From NCBI GenBank assembly GCA_029244725.1, contig JAQWQJ010000077.1:128640-192639 (forward strand): a DNA stretch of 64,000 bases, given 5' to 3'. The notes beneath the pieces are model-generated. The model was not told where the DNA came from. It worked only from the letters and a program-made list of their open reading frames with translations, and did not search any database. Numbering within the stretch: position 1 is the stretch's first letter; every line of letters begins with the position of its first letter. The position numbers were made by a program, and so were the translations under genes. Positions 1 through 7,114 of this stretch are shown one piece after another. The stretch is from Paracoccaceae bacterium. GTDB taxonomy: Bacteria > Pseudomonadota > Alphaproteobacteria > Rhodobacterales > Rhodobacteraceae.

Positions 1-46
1 TGAAAGTGGCGACTGCCTAAGTTGTTGGGCGTTGATTGGTTTATTG

Positions 47-886
47 TCAGCGCCCGCGATTCCACTCCGCGCTTTTGGCCGGGAAGAATTTCACAATCAT
101 TTGCACACTCGTGTAAACTGCAAAACTGATTGGATCGCGTAGCGCGAGTTTTAGTTTTGCGCCAATACTTACCGGCAGTTTGTCATCATTATCCAAGATT
201 TCAGGATAAAGACCTTCTATCTCATGGACGCCAGCGTTTTGACGACGGCGCACGCGCACCAAATTTGAGAACCCATCGACCAACGGCCATTCATATGTCG
301 CTGGCACGCGGACACGTTCTTCGGGCTTAAAAAGCAGGCGAACATAAGTGTCGTCCGAAATAATGTCGGGGAACTCCCCCCACTTACTGCGTCCCGCAGC
401 GTTCACAGCAAACAGACCTGCACCCGGCAGACCATTGGCGATATAGGGAACGCGCGCATACGTACGTGCATAAAGAGTGGTGGCTAGGCTGTCAGTCGCG
501 GTAAAGCGGATAGTGCCGCTTGCATAACGCGGCGCTTCGCAAATGAGCGCATCAGCCAGTTGAGCCAAAAGACTGGTATGAATTGTGACATCCGCATCAA
601 GATAAACGCGGGCTTTTCCGCGGCTTATGGCATCGGCTGCGTTAAGGGCGTTCAATTTGCCTCCCTCTACAAGGGACAGAACAGTGAGCGACCATCCTTT
701 GGCAATGGCTTTTTCCTCAAACGCTTGACTGCGCGTTTCGGTATCATCCGAACATCCGTTTGCGGCGACGATGATTTCCACATGTGCCGGACCATTCGAG
801 GCGAGAACGGATTCAAGACATTGGCCGATCATTGCGCCTTCGTTATTGGCAGGAATGATGATCGTTAGATCCGGTTGATCTGACAT
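47..886 (-). CDS. Family 2 glycosyltransferase
   Basis: 279-aa ORF. The N-terminus LTIIIPANNEG...CLESV and the DxD-like YLDADV are typical of the GT2 (GT-A fold) family. Confidence 0.8.
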   Translation of the reverse strand: MSDQPDLTIIIPANNEGAMIGQCLESVLASNGPAHVEIIVAANGCSDDTETRSQAFEEKAIAKGWSLTVLSLVEGGKLNALNAADAISRGKARVYLDADVTIHTSLLAQLADALICEAPRYASGTIRFTATDSLATTLYARTYARVPYIANGLPGAGLFAVNAAGRSKWGEFPDIISDDTYVRLLFKPEERVRVPATYEWPLVDGFSNLVRVRRRQNAGVHEIEGLYPEILDNDDKLPVSIGAKLKLALRDPISFAVYTSVQMIVKFFPAKSAEWNRGR

Positions 887-1001
887 AAAGTTTATTCCGA
901 CGCTCTGGTTGCCCTAGAACCTTTTCGGCAATTGGCGGCTTTGCTGTCAAGTGGTTAGCCAAGTCTGCTCGCGGCTTATAATGCGGTGCCAATGCGAACA
1001 G

Positions 1002-1030
1002 TGGCGGAGGAGGTGGGATTCGAACCCTCG
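1002..1030 (-). pseudogene. Truncated tRNA 3' fragment (T-arm plus acceptor 3' strand plus CCA), tRNA-Ser-like; probable att remnant
   Basis: The reverse complement reads GAGGGTTCGAATCCCACCTCCTCCGCCA: a canonical T-loop TTCGAAT, acceptor strand CTCCTCC, discriminator G and CCA. Where the rest of the tRNA body should lie (1031-1092) the sequence is AT-rich and cannot fold as a tRNA. Confidence 0.6.
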
Positions 1031-1134
1031 AGACATTTTCCTCATATATTACTATTTTATTGATCCTCAACAATATAACGTGTGTGGTAAACGTGTGTGG
1101 TATTCAATTAGTATGCCTCTTAGAAAGATCGCTT

Positions 1135-2358
1135 ATGCCCAGATACTTACAAAAGAGACGCCGTCTCTGGTACGCCATTCTAGAAATCCCCAAACCACTC
1201 CGTAAAGTCTTTAGTAAACCTCGCTTCGTTCAGTCATTGAATACGGATAGCCAATCTCTAGCAGAACAGCGTGTCTTGAAGGTTGTTGCCGAATGGAAGC
1301 GTCAGATTGAGCTAGCTCGAAGTGGTGCAACTCACATTGAATCCAAGGTCTTTAAGTGGCGTCGACTGATAGATGAAAGTCGTATGGAAGGGTTGACTGA
1401 ACAGGAGATCGAAGGTGTCTCCCTTGATGTACTAGACCGCGATGACCCTGACGCTGAGCAAGTCCACCAGATTGCCTTCGGTAAGAAGCACTTATTGAGC
1501 GAGCACATTCAGATCTACATCGCCACACGGACTACAGAGCAAAAATCACGGGATATGGCTCGGGCTGACATTAGAAGGTTCTCTGCGAAGTTCAGATTCG
1601 CCCAAGATGTTACTAAAAAGTCCTTAATACGGTGGGTGGAAGAGGACCTAATTGGTCAACAAGGGCTATCCACTGCTACATGTCGCAGGATCATCTCAGC
1701 TTGTAGGGGCTACTGGGCATATCTCGAGCGCCACAAAGAGCTAGAATTGCTGCCACCGTTCTCAGGGGTCGTCCCAACGGCGAACAAGAAGAGCAAGTCA
1801 GATGTTAGGAACAAGCGCAAAGGATTCTCACCAACAGATTATAGGACCCTGAAGAATGCTGTAACTGAAAGTGACCCTGTGCTTTCCGACCTGATAACGC
1901 TTGGTGCTTACACTGGGTGCCGAATTGAAGAGTTATGCAGCCTCAAGCTAACGTTCGTAACCGACGATACAATTGAGATCGAGGATGCTAAGACAGAGGC
2001 AGGTTGGCGCATCATTCCTATCCATAGTGATTTACGGCAATTGGTCTCACGCCTCAGGGACACAAGCACAGATGGCTACCTTCTGTCAGGACTAACCTTT
2101 AACAAATATGGGGTCAGGTCCAATGCCATTGGTAAACGCTTTGGTCGGCTCAAAGCCAATTGTGGATATGGTCGTGATTACGTGTTCCACAGCTTTAGAA
2201 AGGGCGTAGCAACCCAATTGGAGACTGCCAATGTATCCGAGAATATCGCTGCACGTATCCTTGGTCATGATCTAAAGACGATGTCCTATGGACTGTACTC
2301 AGGTGGTGTCTCATTGGAGGTCCTATCTGAGGCGATTGCGCATCTTTCGTGGGAGTGA
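1135..2358 (+). CDS. Tyrosine-type site-specific integrase (phage integrase family)
   Basis: The ORF is 1060..2358. I prefer the ATG at 1135 (MPRYLQKRRRLWYAILEIP). The C-terminal catalytic region has AYTGCRIEEL, HSFRKG and LGH...YGLY (R..HxxR..Y pattern). It lies next to the tRNA fragment. Confidence 0.85.
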   Translation: MPRYLQKRRRLWYAILEIPKPLRKVFSKPRFVQSLNTDSQSLAEQRVLKVVAEWKRQIELARSGATHIESKVFKWRRLIDESRMEGLTEQEIEGVSLDVLDRDDPDAEQVHQIAFGKKHLLSEHIQIYIATRTTEQKSRDMARADIRRFSAKFRFAQDVTKKSLIRWVEEDLIGQQGLSTATCRRIISACRGYWAYLERHKELELLPPFSGVVPTANKKSKSDVRNKRKGFSPTDYRTLKNAVTESDPVLSDLITLGAYTGCRIEELCSLKLTFVTDDTIEIEDAKTEAGWRIIPIHSDLRQLVSRLRDTSTDGYLLSGLTFNKYGVRSNAIGKRFGRLKANCGYGRDYVFHSFRKGVATQLETANVSENIAARILGHDLKTMSYGLYSGGVSLEVLSEAIAHLSWE

Positions 2359-2432
2359 TCAAAGCAGATGCGCTGGCTGAATTAGGCAACTGATGCTGAG
2401 TTTTTAACTAATCTGCGAAGCTAATAGATTGT

Positions 2433-2840
2433 TTAGGAACCGTGTGGTTTATCGCCGTCGGTTACCGAATAGCGTTTTAAGATTTCCATTGAAACAACAT
2501 CCAGGGCTCGACTGTGAGTGGCTTCTAGGAAGACCTTTGGCGCAGCACCCTCATGGTGTGCTTGAAGGAAACGAGAGGCACAAAGGCACCAACGGTCACC
2601 CGCCTGCAATCCAGAAAACCCGAACTCAGGTCTTGGCGTTGATAGGTCATTTCCTAGGTATTTTGAGAGTGCTAGGAACTCAGCCGTCATTTCTGCGCAG
2701 ACGGTATGGCTTCCAGCATCCTGATCACAGGTGTCACAACGGCCATTCCTGAAGAATCCTGTAACGGGTTTGTGGGAACAGTCCTTCAGTGGCTCACCAT
2801 AAACATTCACTGATGGATGGGCTTTTATCTCTTTCGGCAA
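2433..2840 (-). CDS. DUF2237-family protein
   Basis: 135-aa ORF. It has the GFFRNGRC...GSHTVCA...GDRWCLC pattern I associate with DUF2237. Confidence 0.55.
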   Translation of the reverse strand: MPKEIKAHPSVNVYGEPLKDCSHKPVTGFFRNGRCDTCDQDAGSHTVCAEMTAEFLALSKYLGNDLSTPRPEFGFSGLQAGDRWCLCASRFLQAHHEGAAPKVFLEATHSRALDVVSMEILKRYSVTDGDKPHGS

Positions 2841-3189
2841 TACTCAACCTCTTCGATTCATAGTCAAACCCTAACACTTTAATCAGGCGGAGTCCTTTCG
2901 CAGTTAAGCAGCACCAATGAAGTTGGCCAATTGGAAATCAGGTGCCACCTCAAAACTAAATCTTTGTCTCGGGTACGTAGCTCAAAACCAGCCCAATCGG
3001 AATCGTTTGGCTATGATTCCTAGGGACCCATGCATCTTGGGTGAGTGCGCTGAGGTAACATCTTTAAGGTTACCCCAAATCAGTGGAAGTTGTGTGAGTA
3101 GAGGTCAGATTGAGTAGGGTTTTCCTACCTTTCTAATACCCTCATCTCTGTTAGACTACTTGTAGATAAATCACTTCAGGCTGCCTACA

Positions 3190-4119
3190 ATGACATTACT
3201 TCGTTCACTTCTTCTTTCTCTGGCACTCGTGTTCTCCACGGGTACTATTGCTGTATCCCAAGACTACAACAAGGGTTTGGAGGCCTATAATAATGGTAAT
3301 TACGCAACTGCCCTTAAGGAATGGAGGCCGTTTGCTGAACAAGGTTATGCCTTCGCTCAATTCAATCTGGGTTTGATGTCCTATCATGGCGAAGGTGTTC
3401 AACAGGACTATCAGGAAGCCGCTAAGTGGTATCGTCTAGCTGCAGAACAAGGTTATGCCCAAGCTCAATACAATCTGGGTGTGATGTACGCTAACGGCGA
3501 AGGTGTTCCAGAGGACTATCAAGAAGCCGTTAAGTGGTATCGTCTAGCTGCTGAACAAGGTGATGCCCGAGCTCAACACAATCTGGGTGTGATGTACGAC
3601 AATGGCTATGGTGTTCCAGAGGACTATCAGGAATCCGTTAAATGGTATCGTCTAGCTGCTGAACAAGGTGATGCAAGCGCTCAATTCAATCTGGGTTTGA
3701 TGTACTATAATGGCTATGGTGTTCCTAAGGACAATCAGGAAGCAGTTAAGTGGTTTCGTCTAGCCGCTGAACAAGGTGAAGCCCTAGCTCAACACAATCT
3801 GGGTTGGATGTACAATAATGGCGAAGGTGTCCCACAGGACTCTCAGGAAGCAGTTAAGTGGTATCGTCTAGCTGCTGAACAAGGTGATGACAGGGCTCAA
3901 ACTAATCTGGGCATAATGTACGATAATGGCAAAGGTGTTCCTCAGGACTATGTAATCGCACACATGTGGTACAATGTTGGTTCAGCCAATGGGAATGAAC
4001 TCGGTGGTTCAAACAGAGACAGATTAGCTGAGAAGATGTCCTCTGCTGATATTTCCAAGGCCCAGAGTATGGCAAGACAGTGTATGGCGAGTAACTACGA
4101 GGACTGCGGTGGTGAATAG
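3190..4119 (+). CDS. Secreted Sel1/TPR-like repeat protein
   Basis: It has an N-terminal signal-like segment (LLLSLALVFSTGTIAVS). This is followed by about 7 consecutive 36-aa Sel1 units (AxKWYRLAAEQGxAxAQxNLGxMYxNGxGVPxDxxEA). Confidence 0.85.
   Translation: MTLLRSLLLSLALVFSTGTIAVSQDYNKGLEAYNNGNYATALKEWRPFAEQGYAFAQFNLGLMSYHGEGVQQDYQEAAKWYRLAAEQGYAQAQYNLGVMYANGEGVPEDYQEAVKWYRLAAEQGDARAQHNLGVMYDNGYGVPEDYQESVKWYRLAAEQGDASAQFNLGLMYYNGYGVPKDNQEAVKWFRLAAEQGEALAQHNLGWMYNNGEGVPQDSQEAVKWYRLAAEQGDDRAQTNLGIMYDNGKGVPQDYVIAHMWYNVGSANGNELGGSNRDRLAEKMSSADISKAQSMARQCMASNYEDCGGE
3310..3957 (+). repeat. Six tandem 108-bp units (in-frame Sel1 repeats) with high nucleotide identity
   Basis: Units start at 3310, 3418, 3526, 3634, 3742 and 3850. 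Long identical stretches such as AAGTGGTATCGTCTAGCTGCTGAACAAGGTGATG recur with a 108-bp period. Confidence 0.9.
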
Positions 4120-4150
4120 GATCTAAAGGTCTCACTTGGGTTGCACTCCC

Positions 4151-4705
4151 TCATGCCTTTAAGCACCGATAGTACGACGCCTTGGATATACCTAACTGGC
4201 TCATAACCTGAACACGGGTAACACCAGCATCAACTAAAGCCTTAACTTTGTCAGCTTGCTTCATGGCTGTGGGAGCACGACCTTTGTACTTACCTTCTGC
4301 CTTGGCTCTCTTGATGCCCTCGACTTGTCGTTCCTTCATCATCTCACGTTCAAACTGGGCGACAGATACCATCATGTTGAGGATGAGCTTGCCTGTGGCT
4401 GTAGACGTATCAACAGTCTCTGACCCCAATGAAAGGATAACAAGACCAGCACCCTTAGATTCAACCTGTTGAAGTAGATCACCCATGTGCATCACGTTTC
4501 GGGCAAGACGATCCAGTTTGGTCACGACCAGCTTGTCACCCTCCCGCAGCATATCAATAGCTCTATCTAGCTCTTCACGGGTGGCTACAGCACTGACCTG
4601 CTCTTTAAACACACGCTCACAGCCATAAGCATTTAGTTCTACTAGTTGGGCATCAAACCCAGCCTGTTGGTCTGTGGTACTCGTTCTGGCATATCCAATA
4701 AGCAT
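4151..4705 (-). CDS. Small serine recombinase (resolvase/invertase family)
   Basis: 184 aa. The N-terminus MLIGYARTSTTDQ contains the catalytic Ser motif. It also has VTKLDRLARN and a C-terminal HTH (ISKASYYRCL). Confidence 0.9.
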   Translation of the reverse strand: MLIGYARTSTTDQQAGFDAQLVELNAYGCERVFKEQVSAVATREELDRAIDMLREGDKLVVTKLDRLARNVMHMGDLLQQVESKGAGLVILSLGSETVDTSTATGKLILNMMVSVAQFEREMMKERQVEGIKRAKAEGKYKGRAPTAMKQADKVKALVDAGVTRVQVMSQLGISKASYYRCLKA

Positions 4706-4741
4706 CTTGTTCCCCCTATGGACTCACATGATTCTATATAC

Positions 4742-4858
4742 CTATTGAGACTACTATAGTCTCATGACTGAAGCAATCTATTGAGACAAATGGTTAGGGT
4801 TTTGCACTGTTGAGGCGTTCAGAGTGCGTGGTGCACTAGAGCTAGACCTAGTGAGACT
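4742..4858. other. Candidate res-like recombination site upstream of the serine recombinase gene
   Basis: TGAGAC half-sites are clustered here. There is an 8-bp inverted repeat TGAGACTA-CTA-TAGTCTCA at 4746-4764. CTATTGAGAC occurs twice (4742-4751 and 4778-4787), and TGAGACT occurs again at 4852-4858. The total span of about 120 bp resembles Tn3-type res sites. Confidence 0.4.
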
Positions 4859-5006
4859 GGGTTGTACTCAAATGTGACACATCCATTATTATTCAAAGCG
4901 CTGGGCATCATGGGAATATAGAGAATTGAAAAAAGGCCACCAGCGTATGCCAGCAGCCCCTATGTGGTTCCGTCTAAGACCAGTCGTTATCCGACGCGAC
5001 CCCTCT

Positions 5007-5405
5007 CTAAATCCAGCCAAGTATTCGTAGGCCCAACGCAAGAGTTGAAAGCGCCGCAAGGGCAAAACTAAGAGTGCGCAGCACAATAATTCCAAGCGAA
5101 TAGATGATATAGTGAGCAAAGATGCCAAAGAAAAACGTCATCGCCAGTATCCCAGGATAGCTGTCATCTGGTATACGGATCATCGCTATGACTGCCAGCG
5201 GCGCAAATGCCACCATTGCTTGGATCGCCACGTTGTGCGCCGCCTTTGCTCGCTGTGCCCAGGCCGATTGTGGGGCAAGGTCTGCACTTGGATTTGCAAG
5301 GGCGGCCATAAGTCCGCGAACCATAATCCGATCGATAATATAAGGCATCCACGCAACCGCAACCCAAACTGCGGATAGGACCGTGTAGAACTCTAATTGC
5401 GACAT
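5007..5405 (-). CDS. MAPEG-family-like small membrane protein
   Basis: 132 aa with four hydrophobic segments. The size and pattern are consistent with MAPEG. The assignment rests on family resemblance only. Confidence 0.45.
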   Translation of the reverse strand: MSQLEFYTVLSAVWVAVAWMPYIIDRIMVRGLMAALANPSADLAPQSAWAQRAKAAHNVAIQAMVAFAPLAVIAMIRIPDDSYPGILAMTFFFGIFAHYIIYSLGIIVLRTLSFALAALSTLALGLRILGWI

Positions 5406-5749
5406 TTCTAGGTCTCCCTGTTTAGTTTTTTATAGCCAAAGTGGCTTTGCACTTTGAATTGATTGTAGATGGAATCGTAGATTAACCAAAGAAAAACCTA
5501 GGACGGCACGTAATAATAGGATGGTCGCTAGCCTACAATTACGCCCCAGTGTCTTCAGGGTAGCTGATTGGTTTGTTCTGTTCTTGAGGCAGACGGTATG
5601 AATTTCCACACTTGAGGAACCAGTATGATTGCAGCTACGGTATCCATTGGTTGTCTAAACTTCCGTGTTTTCACCTATGGTGCAGGTCTTTTCCTTCGAC
5701 TCGTTGGTGGGGCTAATTATGTCGGCGAGATCACAAATCCGCATAATAA

Positions 5750-5821
5750 CGGGATCCCAAAAATTGAATAATGGGCCATTAAAGGCTCTAAATTTCATAA
5801 ATAAGTTGACATGGGATCCCA
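5750..5821. promoter_or_regulatory. Pair of GGATCC-core operator-like boxes upstream of the TAXI-TRAP/sulfatase operon
   Basis: CGGGATCCCA lies at 5750-5759 and TGGGATCCCA at 5812-5821, with starts 62 bp apart. The second box abuts a TTGACA hexamer (5806-5811). Confidence 0.6.
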
Positions 5822-5967
5822 AGATAACGCAACGTTAATCGAGAATCGCACCCAACGCGAAATTTGTTGGGGGCGCAGGCGGAGATGGTAAGCTTGGGGA
5901 TAAGCCATGGCTTTCTTACGTTTCATTGCGGTTCGGCAAGATTAATTCTTGGGCTAGGGAGGAAACA

Positions 5968-7023
5968 ATGCTCAATCTTATGAAAACTGCGGCGGTAGCA
6001 GCGGTTGCAGCGACGGTTGCAACGGCTGGTTTCGCTGAGGTGAACCTGACGTCAAATGCTGCTGGCGCAGGTACGGCCGGCGCTTTAACTGCAACCTCGC
6101 TCGTCGAATTTGCAGCCGAGCGCGGAATCGCTAATATTCAGCTCAAAGATGGTCAGACGGGCACGAAGTTCACTATGGATCTGGCTGAAGGCAAAATTGA
6201 TCTTGCCAGCGGTCCGTTCATTTTGCCGTTCCTGCTTGGACGAGCGGCTGGCCCGTTCTCAAATCTCGACAAGGAAGAAGCGGCTGAACTCGGATCAAAC
6301 ATTCAGATCCTGTACCCGTACACGTTCTCAATTTTCGCGCTTTATTCTTACAACAATAAGGGTGTCGATTCATGGAATGACATCAAAGGCATGAAAGTTC
6401 TGAATGGTCCGCCGCAGGGCACGGCCGCGCTAAATTCGCGTAGCCTTATTCAACTTTATACCGGAATGAAGTCGGATGAAGACTATGAGTCCGTCACTGT
6501 GAGCTGGGGTCAGATGGCGCAAGCCATTATTGACGGTACAGTCGATGCGGCTGTCGTTCCAGTGATGTTCCCTGGACCACGTGTCACTCAAGCTGCGGCA
6601 GCAGGCGCGATGACGATGGTTTCGATGCCGCGGGAAGCATTTGAAGCTGAAAACGTTCAGAAGTTCCTGAACAAGCCAGGCTCTTCGCCTTATTTAGTGC
6701 CTTTGGCAGATATTCAGGCGGCAATGGGCGATGAATGGATTGTGATTTCGGAAGATGACATGTTCCGAGGTCTCGCGATCCCCGGTGGCGATTTGGTCAA
6801 CAAGAATGTTGACGAGGAAGTTGCATATCAGCTGACCAAAGCACACATCGAGAACTTAGATCGGATTAAGACGATGGCTCCGTTTATGGCCTCGATGAAA
6901 CATGGTCTAACTTCGGTAGAGGCTACCGGTATGTGCGGTGTTAACCCTGTTAAATACCACCCCGGCGCTATCCGTGCGTGGGAAGAAGCAGGTCATACAA
7001 TTCCTGAATGTGCTAAGCCTTAA
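5968..7023 (+). CDS. TAXI-family TRAP transporter solute-binding protein
   Basis: The ORF is 5926..7023. I prefer the ATG at 5968, which follows a GGGAGG SD and starts a signal peptide (MLNLMKTAAVAAVAATVATAGFA). The size and the adjacent fused TRAP permease are typical of TAXI systems. Confidence 0.75.
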   Translation: MLNLMKTAAVAAVAATVATAGFAEVNLTSNAAGAGTAGALTATSLVEFAAERGIANIQLKDGQTGTKFTMDLAEGKIDLASGPFILPFLLGRAAGPFSNLDKEEAAELGSNIQILYPYTFSIFALYSYNNKGVDSWNDIKGMKVLNGPPQGTAALNSRSLIQLYTGMKSDEDYESVTVSWGQMAQAIIDGTVDAAVVPVMFPGPRVTQAAAAGAMTMVSMPREAFEAENVQKFLNKPGSSPYLVPLADIQAAMGDEWIVISEDDMFRGLAIPGGDLVNKNVDEEVAYQLTKAHIENLDRIKTMAPFMASMKHGLTSVEATGMCGVNPVKYHPGAIRAWEEAGHTIPECAKP

Positions 7024-7043
7024 GGCCTAACTTAAGCAAAAAA

Positions 7044-7069
7044 GAAGGGCGATTAATTGATCGCCCTTC
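7044..7069 (+). other. Intercistronic stem-loop between the SBP and permease genes
   Basis: GAAGGGCGAT-taattg-ATCGCCCTTC forms a perfect 10-bp stem with no downstream T-tract. It is likely an mRNA-stabilising or partial-termination hairpin. Confidence 0.5.
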
Positions 7070-7114
7070 CATCATACGTAACCGCCATCGACGGTTTCAA
7101 CTGACAGGTCCCAG

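Noticed and set aside
1031-1092. An intact minus-strand tRNA-Ser extending rightwards from the T-arm at 1002-1030.
   Set aside because: The sequence is AT-rich and has no D-arm, anticodon arm or 5' acceptor strand (GGAGGAG). Only the 3' end of about 29 nt is tRNA-like.
3310-3957. A CRISPR-like or non-coding tandem array.
   Set aside because: The units are contiguous with no spacers. They are exactly 108 bp (36 codons) and in frame inside a Sel1-repeat ORF.
5625-5771. A 48-codon ORF (MIAATVSIGCLNF...) with a GAGGA SD upstream of the TAXI operon.
   Set aside because: It could be a small membrane peptide, but it is too short to support from sequence alone, and it runs through the first operator-like box. 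It is left uncalled.
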